The translations under genes and the position numbers were made by a program. The notes beneath the pieces are model-generated. The model saw nothing but the letters and a program-made list of their open reading frames with translations, was not told the DNA's origin and did not search any database. 64,000 nt of DNA from a virus (lineage: Duplodnaviria > Caudoviricetes). Positions 1-10,807 of the stretch are shown here, one piece after another (position 1 is the first letter of the stretch; every line of letters starts with the position of its first letter). Where the stretch lies: IMG/VR virus record IMGVR_UViG_3300037247_000437, positions 1,297 through 65,296 of that record, one strand, 5' to 3'.

Positions 1-252
1 AAAGTATCAAGGTCAGATTTTTTAAAAGACAGAAAAAAGAAGTTTAGAAAGTTCCCCGAATTGGGAGTAGGTGAATTAAGGTATTATTGTTGTGAGCCTG
101 GAATAATTAATATTGATGACCTGCCAAAAAAATGGGGATTGCTTATTTATTTTGACAATAAAATATTGATAGTCAAAAAAGCTGAAATCCAGGAAGCAAA
201 CATAAACAGCGAAAGAACTATTCTTCTGTCAATTCTCAGGAGAGAAAAATAA
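1..252 (+). CDS. 5'-partial MmcB-like/PD-(D/E)xK nuclease-family protein
   Basis: Frame 1 is open from base 1: KVSRSDFLKDRKKKFR...LRYYCCEPGII..DLPKKWGLL, the (E)xKVSRSDF motif of this phage family. Confidence 0.6.
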   Translation, partial: KVSRSDFLKDRKKKFRKFPELGVGELRYYCCEPGIINIDDLPKKWGLLIYFDNKILIVKKAEIQEANINSERTILLSILRREK

Positions 253-300
253 ATGAAAAATAATATTGCGTGGTAGTTAATAAAGTATTAATTTAGCGTT

Positions 301-588
301 ATGAATTTAGGAAAAACTATACACGATATTAGGAGGAGTCAGAATATGACTCAGGCGCAACTTGCTGAAAAAATAGGAAGTAGCCAAACGTATCTTTCGC
401 AGATAGAGAATGATTTTAAAGTTCCCTCGATTGAATTTTTATTACAACTGTCTATTGCATTAAGAACTCCCCTCCCTGTAATTATGATCAAATCAATTCA
501 CGAATGTGATATCCCGACTGAAAAAATGCAAGCATGGAGAGAAATACACGATCCGTTAATGAAGCTTATTGGAAGCGCATTTGATTGA
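301..588 (+). CDS. XRE/Cro-CI family HTH transcriptional regulator
   Basis: IRRSQNMTQAQLAEKIGSSQTYLSQIEND..PS is an HTH_3 signature. Confidence 0.9.
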   Translation: MNLGKTIHDIRRSQNMTQAQLAEKIGSSQTYLSQIENDFKVPSIEFLLQLSIALRTPLPVIMIKSIHECDIPTEKMQAWREIHDPLMKLIGSAFD

Positions 589-858
589 GAATAGGAAAGT
601 AAAGAAATGAAAAATAATGGAAAGTAAAAAAAATATTTATAGACTGGAAATTTAATTTAAGCTACGGCGAAATAGTACACGGGCCGAAATCAAAATGTAC
701 TGAATGTAAAAATCGTCAATGTACCGATGGTATGATTGATGGAGTATGCCACATTTGCAGGTCTTAGCCGCCATTCTTTTAAAGATATAATAAGCCTCAA
801 GAGGATTGGCAAATAGGGAACGATTTGCAAGAGGATGATAGCAGGCAAAAACATGTAT

Positions 859-991
859 AAACATTAAGGCTCATTCACTCGCAAAGTGGATATTGTCAGT
901 AAAAGCGTTGCTAATCCTGGGACTTAGAAATGTAACGAAAAAGCTCAAGCCGTTGTAAGGAGAGATTTAAGTATAGTAAACCTTAATGTTT
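859..991 (+). ncRNA. Candidate structured RNA
   Basis: Perfect 11-bp closing helix AAACATTAAGG(859-869)/CCTTAATGTTT(981-991) enclosing nested stems; ORF-free intergenic region. Confidence 0.45.
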
Positions 992-1177
992 TGGTTTTAA
1001 AAATAAAGAAATGAAAATCACTGAAAAGCAATTACAAACATTAGTGGTAATACTCCAAGATTCGCAAATTAATATATCTGGTGTATTTAGAGTTTCTCTC
1101 AAAAATAGGAATCAATTACTTAACGAAATAATCAATCAGCAAAGCAATGAATTGATTGAAATTGAAGATCATAAGAA

Positions 1178-1582
1178 ATGAAAGAACTCAAAGACGTACT
1201 TCACTATTATTTGCCTTATAAGTTGAAATGTCAATTAATGGGCAAGTTTGATACAAATAATAATCCTATTGAATTTCAGTTACAAGGTATTGAGATAGAT
1301 TCTGAGGGTGTTAAAATAGCAACATTTGAAAAAGATAAATGGAGTTTTATTGAAGATGTGTTTCCGATATTACACCCTCTCGTAACTGCAGTTGATGAGC
1401 TATCTGAGTTCACATATGAGAATCAGGTAGAATCGTTTGATAGTGTAGAAAATGCGGCGCAGTGGTTTAAAATAGTAATGCACCATCCTTTAGAATTACC
1501 CTTTGCGAGATTTGAAAAAGCATTGAGTTTACATTGCGATTTATTCGGATTGATAGAATCTGAGCAAGCAATAGAGAAGTAA
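1178..1582 (+). CDS. Hypothetical phage protein
   Basis: 134-aa ORF; YLPYKLK...PILHPL...H.DLFGLIE pattern recurrent in Bacteroidota phage ORFs. Confidence 0.75.
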   Translation: MKELKDVLHYYLPYKLKCQLMGKFDTNNNPIEFQLQGIEIDSEGVKIATFEKDKWSFIEDVFPILHPLVTAVDELSEFTYENQVESFDSVENAAQWFKIVMHHPLELPFARFEKALSLHCDLFGLIESEQAIEK

Positions 1583-1609
1583 ATATTTATTCACATACAA
1601 AAACAGATT

Positions 1610-1807
1610 ATGGAAATTGTAATTAAAATTTTAGGAGTTATTGCATTAATTGTTGGGCTTTCATTTTTGGTGGCGTGGCCAGTAATGCTATTATGGAATG
1701 AGTTAATGCCTGAAATATTTGGGCTTCCTGAAATAAGCTTCTGGCAGGCGTTAGGATTGAATCTTTTCTGCGGTTTTTTATTCAAATCAAGTAATTCAAG
1801 TAATTAA
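1610..1807 (+). CDS. Small membrane protein
   Basis: Two hydrophobic segments, LWNxLMPxIFGLPxISFWQALGL. Confidence 0.75.
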   Translation: MEIVIKILGVIALIVGLSFLVAWPVMLLWNELMPEIFGLPEISFWQALGLNLFCGFLFKSSNSSN

Positions 1808-2206
1808 AGTCATTGGAAAAACAATCGTTCAAATTCCACGCATCCCGACGGGGTAAGCAAACAATGTGATAATCGATGAAACTCCAATATTGATATTGGT
1901 CATGATCCTACAATTTCGAATAGATCGCAGCATCGAAGCTGTTATTGGAGCAAATAATAATTAACTAAATAGAAACATGACCAGGTCAAAAAAAGAATTG
2001 GGTTTTAGAATTGGCGAACGTGTCCCCTGGTGGCGTGATCGATTTGGAAGATCAGGAGGAAAAATCTTTCGTATGATTAGGGCGCCATGGATAAATGACA
2101 TCCAGGTATTTATTACAAACGGAGACATTTTAACTACAGGCATTATTTTAGCCTCAGTACTTGTGCCTAAAAATAAAGAGTATTGGAAAGCCATAAACAC
2201 GAAATC

Positions 2207-2596
2207 ATGAGAGATATAAAATTCAGAGCATGGAATGGTGGAGAAATGCAATATAATTTTAATCCATCCCCATTTACTTTTTCAACTTTTGGGAACCCAA
2301 TAATGCAATTCACCGGACTAAAAGATAAGAACGGAATAGGAAAAGAAGTTTATGAAAGCGATCTATTTGAGGTTGTTTATTCAAATGTACCAAACGGATT
2401 TGAGGCAATGAATTTCAAAAAGGAACTAAAAATAAATATTGGGGAAGTGGTTTTTAGGTTTGGAGGTTTCAAAATAAAAACATTCTATCCTGATCATCAG
2501 GAATACGTTTATATGGATTTACATACTTTCCTAAAAAATGACGAAAAAGTAGTAATTGGAAGCATTCATCAAAATAAAGAACTTTTAGAATCATGA
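2207..2596 (+). CDS. YopX family protein
   Basis: MRDIKFRAW...MQFTGLKDKNG..EVYESD...VIGSIHQNKELL; start moved to the ATG at 2207. Confidence 0.9.
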   Translation: MRDIKFRAWNGGEMQYNFNPSPFTFSTFGNPIMQFTGLKDKNGIGKEVYESDLFEVVYSNVPNGFEAMNFKKELKINIGEVVFRFGGFKIKTFYPDHQEYVYMDLHTFLKNDEKVVIGSIHQNKELLES

Positions 2597-2956
2597 AGCA
2601 ATACAAAATAAAACGAATCATAAACGGAACTTTAGAAGTAATCGGATTTGAGTGCCATTCTGAAGTTGACGGCAAAGAAGTTGTTTGCCATAAGAAACGG
2701 AAAGTAGAATTTAACAAAGAGCCTCTGATTCCTGGGGAATTTCCCAGGGAGGATGGGGATATAAAAGAGGAAGTGAAATGATGAACGAAGTAAAGATAAT
2801 AAAAAGCGAAACTTGGACAAAATCGGATATATCCGAGCAAGAGGAATTGCTGAACGATACCATAGAAGAATATATTTCCGATCATGCAAAGATCATTAAT
2901 ATACAAATAGTCGAAAAAAATGGGTTAGAAAGATTTTGGATTTATGTTACTTATAG

Positions 2957-3367
2957 ATGAAAGGCCTGTATAAGCGCACGTACTCCGCATGGGAGCCTGT
3001 AGACGTTGAGGCAAAGAAGATATTCAAGAGGTATAAAGTTGGTGAACTCGTAGAGCTTGAGCATACCATTAAACGAAATCTTAAATTCACAGCAAAATAT
3101 TTTGTAATGTTAAAATTGACATTTGAAAATCAAGATCTCTGCCCAAATATAGATCTATTTAGAAAGCTAGTTCAAATTCAAGCAGGATATTATTACTGGA
3201 TAAACCTTATTGACGGCGCTAAACAGAAAGAGTCCGTAACGATAAAGTTCACCAAAATGGATGACCTGGAATTCGAAAAACTTTACAGTGCTGTTTTCGA
3301 TGTTTGTCTCAAAATATTAGGTTTAAAAAGCGAAGAATTAGAGCTTGAATTATTAAAATTTGATTGA
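2957..3367 (+). CDS. DUF1367-like phage protein
   Basis: KRNLKF..KYF..L...FENQ; IKFTKMDDLEFEKLY C-terminal motif. Confidence 0.65.
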   Translation: MKGLYKRTYSAWEPVDVEAKKIFKRYKVGELVELEHTIKRNLKFTAKYFVMLKLTFENQDLCPNIDLFRKLVQIQAGYYYWINLIDGAKQKESVTIKFTKMDDLEFEKLYSAVFDVCLKILGLKSEELELELLKFD

Positions 3368-3720
3368 AAAATGTTGTAACTTACAGTAAATGAAACAATT
3401 GAAATGAAAACACAAGATCAAATAATACATGATGTGATTGGAATTACTGAAGGCGCAAAAAGATTAACTCCCGTGGATAAAGGTGAGTGTAAATTAGTCA
3501 TGACAGCGTGGGCAACAGAAGTAGTTAATAATTTAACTGTACCAAAAACAGGTATTAAAGTTGATTATTTTGTGAGTGTATTAAAAAGGGCATTAGATGG
3601 AAATGATGATGTAAAAGTAGAATTTGAAAATGAAAACGATCAGATGGATTACATTTTAGATGTTTGTAACAACTTTAAAAAAGAACTTCAAAAAGATCAT
3701 TGATAAATAAAAATTGAATT

Positions 3721-4128
3721 ATGATAAGTGCAAATGAAGTACGCCGTGGAAACCTTTTTAAATACGATGATAGAATATTCCGCATACACACTATTGCATA
3801 CGAATTCCCAACCCTAGATACTGATGAATTCGGAATAGGTGTAGTTGGTTGGAATAATATTGATCCGGTTGAATTGACTGATGAATGGTTAATCAAATTT
3901 CAACTACCAAAAAGGGAAGTTAAAACCAAAACAAGTACATATTATATTTTCTCAATTAGAAATGACTTTGAAATATATTGTCACATGGACAAATCAGGTA
4001 ATTGTCTATTTTGGGGAGTAAATAGCATGGCAGATCATTTCTTCATAATAAAATGTGACGCTGTTCATGTGTTTCAAAATACTTACGCGGCGTTGAATCA
4101 TCACGAAGAACTAAAGATAAAGCAATGA
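3721..4128 (+). CDS. Hypothetical phage protein
   Basis: ANEVRRGNL...IDPVELTDEWLIKF...VHVFQN, a recurrent Bacteroidota phage pattern. Confidence 0.7.
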   Translation: MISANEVRRGNLFKYDDRIFRIHTIAYEFPTLDTDEFGIGVVGWNNIDPVELTDEWLIKFQLPKREVKTKTSTYYIFSIRNDFEIYCHMDKSGNCLFWGVNSMADHFFIIKCDAVHVFQNTYAALNHHEELKIKQ

Positions 4129-4382
4129 CAATTAAAATCAATTGCGATACATGCGGAGAAATTCATGAAGTTAAAAGAGACAAAAAAGCTCCAGATAATG
4201 CGGTTTCTATGGGTTGTAATTGGTGCCCTAATTGCGAAGACAAAGCAGATGATTATTATGATGAATGGTATAATTATCCAGACCCAGACGATAAAGGCGA
4301 CGATCCTAATCAATTAATACTATTTAGTATTACTGATGATATTTTAAAACCTCAAAAAGAATTAACTAACATTTTAAAATAA
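4125..4382 (+). CDS. Small Cys-rich (putative zinc-binding) protein
   Basis: CDTCG and CNWCPNC motifs. Confidence 0.6.
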   Translation: MTIKINCDTCGEIHEVKRDKKAPDNAVSMGCNWCPNCEDKADDYYDEWYNYPDPDDKGDDPNQLILFSITDDILKPQKELTNILK

Positions 4383-5411
4383 TAATAATGGAAGAGTTTA
4401 AAGACCTATTATCAAGACTTCAAAAATTAGACATCATACAAACTTGTGGTGATTGGCATGAAAACATACCTTTTGAAGAGATTTATAAGCCATATCTGGA
4501 AAATGATTGTAAAGAAATAAAACACGGATTAGATATAGATACACACAGGTGGTATGAGACATCAATATCAGTTTATAAAACGTGTGGTGGACTGCTTGGA
4601 GTCCGTCATATTACTAATATGTTTTCTGAAGGGCAAGGATTTGAGGATTGTTACGTTACGCTTGAATTTATGGAAATGAAGGAAGTTAAATCAATTACTT
4701 ACGAATCTGTTTAGGGATTAAAAGCACTTGCGGGACAGATGTAACCCGAAAAGCAAATTGTATTATGGAAAACAACAGAATATTAACAAAACGAGAGATT
4801 AGAAACGAGTTATTTGGAATTCTATCGATGACAGATGCTTTTATTGAAGAGGGCAGTATGGTTGGAGGAAAGCGAAAAAAGGAGATGATTAAGTATTTGC
4901 CAAAACAAATCGCATCAAAAATAATGAATTTGCAAGACCTGATAGAAGAGTGTGATTTGAATTAAAAGAACTGATATGAAAAGATTTGATCCAATTGCCC
5001 GGCCATATAGCAAGGCAATGATAACAGATAATGTGGGCAATTATGTTTTGTATTCTGATTATGAAGAATTAGAATCTGAATTAAAAGAGATTCATGATGT
5101 CCTTGATAAAATTCTTAACAATTGGACAGGATTCGATGTCAAGGGAACTATTGAAGAACTAAAAGAGCTCATAGAAAAATGAAAAGACCAAATATAAGTG
5201 ACGTAAAATACAAACTTTCAAATGATTTTGAATGTATTAGATTTAATCCATCAGGGTATATTTCAGATATAGATAAACATATAGACCAGATCGAGGCTGA
5301 AAATAAAACACTGACTAAAGCTCTTGAAACAATTGTAGCTGTATCCGATGACGCAAGATTACCACTTGTAAAAGCGATAAATCAAATTTCAAATAAAGCA
5401 CTGAAGGGGTT

Positions 5412-5777
5412 ATGAAAACATTAACACTTATTCTATTACTGACAGCCACCTCTTTTAATTCAATAGCTCAGTACAAACCATACAACGCTAAAAAACAGCG
5501 TGATATAGGAATGGTCCTAACTGGCGATGGTATCATATTCACAAGCATAGGCGTGTTAGTGCTTGGAAAATGGGTGAGTAATATTATCCAGGAAGATGCC
5601 ACCGGGCATGTGGATGTCATGAATCAAAAGGAGTTTTTTATTGGCGCCGGAATGACGTTGGTCGGAATAACATTCGAGATAATAGGCGTCCCAATGTGGA
5701 TCCAAGGCAGAACTCAATTAAGAATATCCGGGAATCAAGTAGGAATAAGTATCAATTTAAACAAGAAACGATCTTAA
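5412..5777 (+). CDS. Exported/membrane protein
   Basis: N-terminal signal peptide (MKTLTLILLLTATSFNSIAQ) and two Gly-rich hydrophobic helices. Confidence 0.65.
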   Translation: MKTLTLILLLTATSFNSIAQYKPYNAKKQRDIGMVLTGDGIIFTSIGVLVLGKWVSNIIQEDATGHVDVMNQKEFFIGAGMTLVGITFEIIGVPMWIQGRTQLRISGNQVGISINLNKKRS

Positions 5778-6590
5778 ATTAAACTAATTATGGCAGTAAC
5801 AATTTTAGAGGCTTTACAAAATGCAGACTACAACCTTCAACAGAATGGAGGAATTGGGGCAATGATTGCAAAAGAACAGGTTCATAATGCAGTAGTGCTA
5901 ATTGAAAAGGGGTATGATCTAAATGAAGAGATTGAGCCTTTGCTTGATACACATGGAGAAGTTGAGAATGTGCCTGAAAACTAAATAAATCATGAATTAC
6001 AAAGGCAAATTATACGGAAGGGCTGGGGGTGAATATTTCGATACTGGCAAAACTTCAGAGGATTGGGATGAATTGGAAGCCAATAATAAATATTTGAATC
6101 AGGCGCTTAAAGACAGGAGAGGAATTTGCGATAAACTGGAAGCAGACAAGAAAGAATTGCTATATGATTTTTATAAATGGTATAAGAAAGAATACACGGA
6201 ATATTCAGCGGATATCAGTATTATAGAAAAATATTTAAAAAGCATTAATAAGAAACGAGGATAGTAATTATGAAAGACAAAAATGAATTAACAGAAAGCT
6301 TAAAAGTTCTTGAAACAGAACTTTACGATACAAGCGTTGATCTGCATGGAATTAGCAATAAAATAAATTCTGCAAACGCTTATCAGGACGAATTATTACA
6401 ACGACTTGAATCAAATAGAAATAAAATTACCGAACTAAACAAAGAATATTTCATAAAAACAGGCATTATTTCAATTACAAGCCATCGCTATTAGGGCTAA
6501 GGAATTGCAACCTATTGAAAAATTCAAAACATTTAAGCAGATTTCAAAGAAGATTCCAATCAATAAGAATTAAAACTCCACGATAATTAA

Positions 6591-6821
6591 ATGATAGCTA
6601 AAAGCAATTTTCTAAGAGGTGATTATGATAACCTTGCTGTAGAATTAGATATATTCATTGCTGACCTACAAAAGGAAGAGGATTTTAAATTGAAATACAT
6701 AAGCAATGGATGGCAAAAACCTCATAAGCAATTAATACCATTCATCCGGTCAAAAATTAATTTCAATCTCCGCAGGAATAGAATAAGGGAAAAGAAGCAG
6801 ATATTTCTAAAAGTAGCGTAA
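6591..6821 (+). CDS. Hypothetical protein, paralog of 7202-7426
   Basis: Shares LKxIxNGWxKP..QL...RSKIN...REKKQIFLK.A with 7202-7426. Confidence 0.7.
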   Translation: MIAKSNFLRGDYDNLAVELDIFIADLQKEEDFKLKYISNGWQKPHKQLIPFIRSKINFNLRRNRIREKKQIFLKVA

Positions 6822-7201
6822 TGAAATACAGAGCAACGCGCAAGACAACAAAGCAAAAAGCAATGGATGAAGAATTAAACCAAGGGATGAATGATGATGA
6901 TATTATTTTTGACATACAAATGAAAGCAACATATACAATGAAAGGCGAAGACGAATTAGGATAATAATATTACTAATGAAAAAAGCACTATTTACATTGG
7001 ATATCATACTCATTATGTCACCATTTATATGCTTTGCAGCATGGGCAGAAATGCAAACCAGACATTTTAATGAGACGGTGAAAATCGAAATGAAAATTAT
7101 TGAGGCCAGAAGTGACTATACGCAAATGTTACTTAAAGATCTAAGGGAGGGCATGAGCGAACTAGATAGTATAAATAAAAGAATTCAATCAATTAAATGA
7201 T

Positions 7202-7426
7202 ATGATTTTTTATAATTACCACAAAGGCATCTGTGATGACATAGATAGGATTATTGAAGAACTTAATCTTCTTGCATTGAAAGGAGAATCTGAATTAAAA
7301 TCTATCAAAAATGGTTGGCTAAAGCCAGTACAGCAATTAGCCCATCTCAATTCAAGATCAAAAATAAATTGCCTGCCGAAAATTCGAGCAAGGGAGAAGA
7401 AGCAAATATTTCTAAAAACGGCCTAA
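7202..7426 (+). CDS. Hypothetical protein, paralog of 6591-6821
   Basis: Same shared C-terminal motif. Confidence 0.7.
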   Translation: MIFYNYHKGICDDIDRIIEELNLLALKGESELKSIKNGWLKPVQQLAHLNSRSKINCLPKIRAREKKQIFLKTA

Positions 7427-8028
7427 ATGAAAATAGTAAAACTAACAGCGATTGTTACAATGACTGAAGATCATTATGACAAGGGAATGAAAGATCTAAA
7501 AAACGAAATTCTTTCTGGCAAATTTCAAAGGGAAATGGTTGATCAGGAAAAGGGGAAAATATTAAAAGTGAAAGCAACTTTTGAAGATTTATGAAATACT
7601 ATTATTTGTTTGTTCTGATATTCGGCATAGCCCCCTCCACACACAATAGGAGTGAATCAGAATTAAACAAAGAACAGAAGCAAATTGAAAGCTTAATCAT
7701 AAATGCCCAGGGCGAAGAAAAGGGAGTGACAAATAAGGACGATGGATTGATGGCCAATACCCCTTACTACATTGGTTCGATTTATGATCAGGTTACGCCA
7801 ATTATCGAAAGCGATCAGTTTGTAATGCCTGTTCTTAAATTTGGAATCCCGGGGAAGGAGCCGGAATATGCGGACGACAACGAAAGCCTTAGATTAGGAT
7901 TATATACATTGGGAAATCGAAAGGCTGTTATTCCTAAAGGGCGTCATGCCCTAAGCTCTATCCGGTTACAGAATAAATTGGCAAAGGATGGGAAGAAAAA
8001 CGAGCTACAAAAACAAGATATGATTTAA

Positions 8029-8057
8029 AAGCCGCCGCATAAGTGGCGGCTTATTTT
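8029..8057 (+). terminator. Intrinsic terminator
   Basis: AAGCCGCCGC-ATAA-GTGGCGGCTT hairpin followed by ATTTT, right after a stop codon. Confidence 0.7.
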
Positions 8058-8071
8058 AAAGTAGATGGTAA

Positions 8072-8605
8072 ATGGTAAATTATAAAATACAAACAAAATC
8101 TGGGCAATGCGGAATACATAACCTTGCTAATATCATGCGTAACAGGTCTATAATTGATACTTATGGAGATAAGGAAGCTTATGCGCCAACCGGAACCCAT
8201 GAGGCGAATAAAATACTAAAATTAGAAGGATATAAATGGTCTATCGAGCCACTCATAATGCCAGCGTCATGGAGGCTAAAAATTCCATTCGGATATTTTA
8301 AGCAAGTATTAAATCACCTTATAACCGCGAATCCTGACATATCAAATCATTTCATGAGTTTTATATTATTCGTGCATAACGGGGACGGATTAGAATTTGG
8401 ACTTCACGCTATTTCCCTTATTTCACATAAAGGAAGATTTGCGATATCAGATCCTCTAAATGCTTCATTTGAAATAATTGATAACCTGGATTCGATTCGT
8501 GATAAATATAAATACGTCAATGCTGTAAGCTCATTCATGAATAGAGATGGTGAGTTTGTGAGTTTTACACATGAATTTTATGGGCATACAGAATTATTTA
8601 ACTGA
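8072..8605 (+). CDS. Putative papain-fold cysteine peptidase (C39/Josephin-like)
   Basis: N-terminal Q-x5-CG (QTKSGQCGIH) and H-x14-DP (HAISLISHKGRFAISDPL), matching a Cys-His-Asp triad layout. Confidence 0.5.
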   Translation: MVNYKIQTKSGQCGIHNLANIMRNRSIIDTYGDKEAYAPTGTHEANKILKLEGYKWSIEPLIMPASWRLKIPFGYFKQVLNHLITANPDISNHFMSFILFVHNGDGLEFGLHAISLISHKGRFAISDPLNASFEIIDNLDSIRDKYKYVNAVSSFMNRDGEFVSFTHEFYGHTELFN

Positions 8606-8634
8606 TATATAAAAAGAGTAAACGATTAACTAAA

Positions 8635-8910
8635 ATGAAACACATACTACTATCACTACTTCTATTTATTTTCTGTTCCTTCAGCGAAGTCCAGGCCCAG
8701 GACCACAGATACAAAACATTCAGACCTGCCAAGGTTCAGAAAGTCAAACTAAAGAAATCAAAGCTCCCGAAGAAATACCGTTACAACGAATTAACAAAGC
8801 GCCAAAAGCGACACAAATCAAACAAAAACATTCAATCATGTGCGGAAATTCCAACCGCATTCGCAAAGATCAGAAAAAAGGATAAACGAAAAGTAATGAA
8901 ATCATTTTAA
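8635..8910 (+). CDS. Signal-peptide-bearing, highly basic small protein
   Basis: MKHILLSLLLFIFCSFSEVQAQ followed by a Lys/Arg-rich tail. Confidence 0.55.
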   Translation: MKHILLSLLLFIFCSFSEVQAQDHRYKTFRPAKVQKVKLKKSKLPKKYRYNELTKRQKRHKSNKNIQSCAEIPTAFAKIRKKDKRKVMKSF

Positions 8911-8920
8911 ACTAGAAATT

Positions 8921-9235
8921 ATGCAAAAAACACAAAAGAAACCAGTAGTAGTTGAGTTTATTCAATTGACAGAAAATAACATCTCTGAAGTTTACGAAGA
9001 GGTTTTTAGTAAACCAATATTGAATTGCAAAATGGCAGAAAATCGGTGGGATGAGTACGAGGAAATTGTAAGGTTAAGAGGGATGCAATTAAAGACACCA
9101 GAAAGCGGTGAAGGCACACAGATTGCAAGCATAGGTGATTATATTGTATTTGGAGAGTCAAAAGAACTTGGAAGGCATTGTTGGCCGGTTAAGCCTGATT
9201 ATTTTGAAAATGCTTATGACATAGTTAAAGAATGA
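8921..9235 (+). CDS. Conserved phage protein (KKPVxxE...GDYI...PVKPDxF family)
   Basis: KKPVVVEFIQ, ASIGDYIV and WPVKPDYFENAYD motifs. Confidence 0.75.
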   Translation: MQKTQKKPVVVEFIQLTENNISEVYEEVFSKPILNCKMAENRWDEYEEIVRLRGMQLKTPESGEGTQIASIGDYIVFGESKELGRHCWPVKPDYFENAYDIVKE

Positions 9236-10066
9236 CTCACAAAAAGAAAACAGAGGACACAGCTCTTGCATGTGCGCAACTCCATGGAATAGGCAAGACA
9301 ACCCCTGACGCAGAAGTAAGAATAAACCGGGTTTGCACTCAATACGGAGTGAAACCGAAGTTCATTAAAAAATTACTAACTTTGACGTAGATAAATTATG
9401 AGTGAATTAAAAAACTTTGAATTAGGGAAATCTTACATTCATTCATCAGGACAGAGAATGAAAATAGTTGGAATGGCAGAAACAGTTATTCATGGAAATG
9501 CCCTAATAGGCGAAGATGAGCGAGGCACATTGACGCCAATACAAATTGACTGCGATGAATTTCCAGAGGCAACAATAGGATGGAGAGAGGCAAGTGAAAA
9601 GTTAAAAAAAGTACATATATCTGACGTTGGGATTCCGTTTGTTGGCCTATCTGAAGATATAGCAAAAAAATATACAGAGGATAAACTGAAAGTCGTCAAT
9701 ACATTATTGAGCGATGATTATAAAACAGGGTATAAAGAAGGCATTGAACACTTTATTAAAGATAAATTTCAGTGAAAAGCATTAAAGTAAAACCAGGCGA
9801 ATCATTTGAATTGATCATTACTGATGATAAAGGTAATGAAATGATGAAACATTGCTATGAGTTTGATCCTGATTCAAAAATAACGATTCAAAGAGGAAAA
9901 GGAATATTTGAGGTTAAAATGGATTTAATGCCTGATATTAATTATCATGGCTTATTCAGGAGATCGGAATTATGAGCTTAAGTTGTTTACATAAAATGCC
10001 CAAATCAAACAATACGAGCTAAAATGTATGAATCTGGGATTGAATGTAGTTTATCTATTAAGAAAT

Positions 10067-10141
10067 AATTGTATAATATCAAGTGACAGGCTGGTGAAAA
10101 GCAGCGTTTGACCTTGAGGCATTGTATTAATCTAAGAAATG
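10067..10141 (+). repeat. 75-bp perfect direct repeat, copy 1
   Basis: AATTGTATAATATCAAGTGACAGGCTGGTGAAAAGCAGCGTTTGACCTTGAGGCATTGTATTAATCTAAGAAATG, identical to 10323-10397. Confidence 0.97.
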
Positions 10142-10342
10142 ACAATGAATAAGTTAGCATATATCCTCCAGGAGATCAATGTAAGTGCATTTGCCCGGTC
10201 AATAGGAATGAATGAAAGCCTATTAAGGAAATACACAAATGGTATTGCCACACCATCCGAGAAGCAGTTAAAAAGGATTGAATCAGCTATTCGGGAACTA
10301 GGCAAAAGATTAAAGATAGTAAAATTGTATAATATCAAGTGA
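10139..10342 (+). CDS. HTH DNA-binding protein resembling the C-terminal domain of Bacteroidota HicB-like antitoxins
   Basis: INVSAFARSIGMNESLLRKYTNG...PSEKQLKRIESAIRELG. Confidence 0.7.
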   Translation: MTMNKLAYILQEINVSAFARSIGMNESLLRKYTNGIATPSEKQLKRIESAIRELGKRLKIVKLYNIK

Positions 10343-10397
10343 CAGGCTGGTGAAAAGCAGCGTTTGACCTTGAGGCATTGTATTAATCTAAGAAATG
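10323..10397 (+). repeat. 75-bp perfect direct repeat, copy 2
   Basis: Identical to 10067-10141; supplies the stop of the HTH gene and the ATG of the next ORF. Confidence 0.97.
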
Positions 10398-10807
10398 GGA
10401 AAAATAAAATCAGAGGATATCGTCACTAATCAAGTTATAAGGAATCTTAAGATATACTCACACGAATTAAGCAAATTAACTTTAAGACTTGAGGAGTTTG
10501 CTGAAAAGACCGGAATATCAATCGAAGAAGCATATCAAGAAATCAACAAAAAATTGATCTTAGAAAATACAGAGGCAAACCAGAAAAAAAAGAACAAGTA
10601 AGGAGAATGATTTCAATGTCACAAATGAAAGCCTTTTCATTAGCTAGTCAGATGATGACAGTTGAAAGTCAGCCAATATAAACAAGATCATTTGAATTAG
10701 GACCAACCATAGTATCAGATTAAAAAGAAATCTAAAGATGGAAGAAAAGAAAAATACAAAATAATGAAAGTATTTCTGTTTCATAGTAGGATATACGAAA
10801 TAAAGAG

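Noticed and set aside
301-588. XRE gene as a lysogeny repressor or evidence of a prophage
   Set aside because: It is co-oriented with all other genes, with no divergent switch, integrase, att site or host flank in the window; lifestyle cannot be determined.
4715-4764. Small CGGG/CCCG hairpin in an intergenic gap
   Set aside because: Short stem, no T-run and no second copy found; insufficient support.
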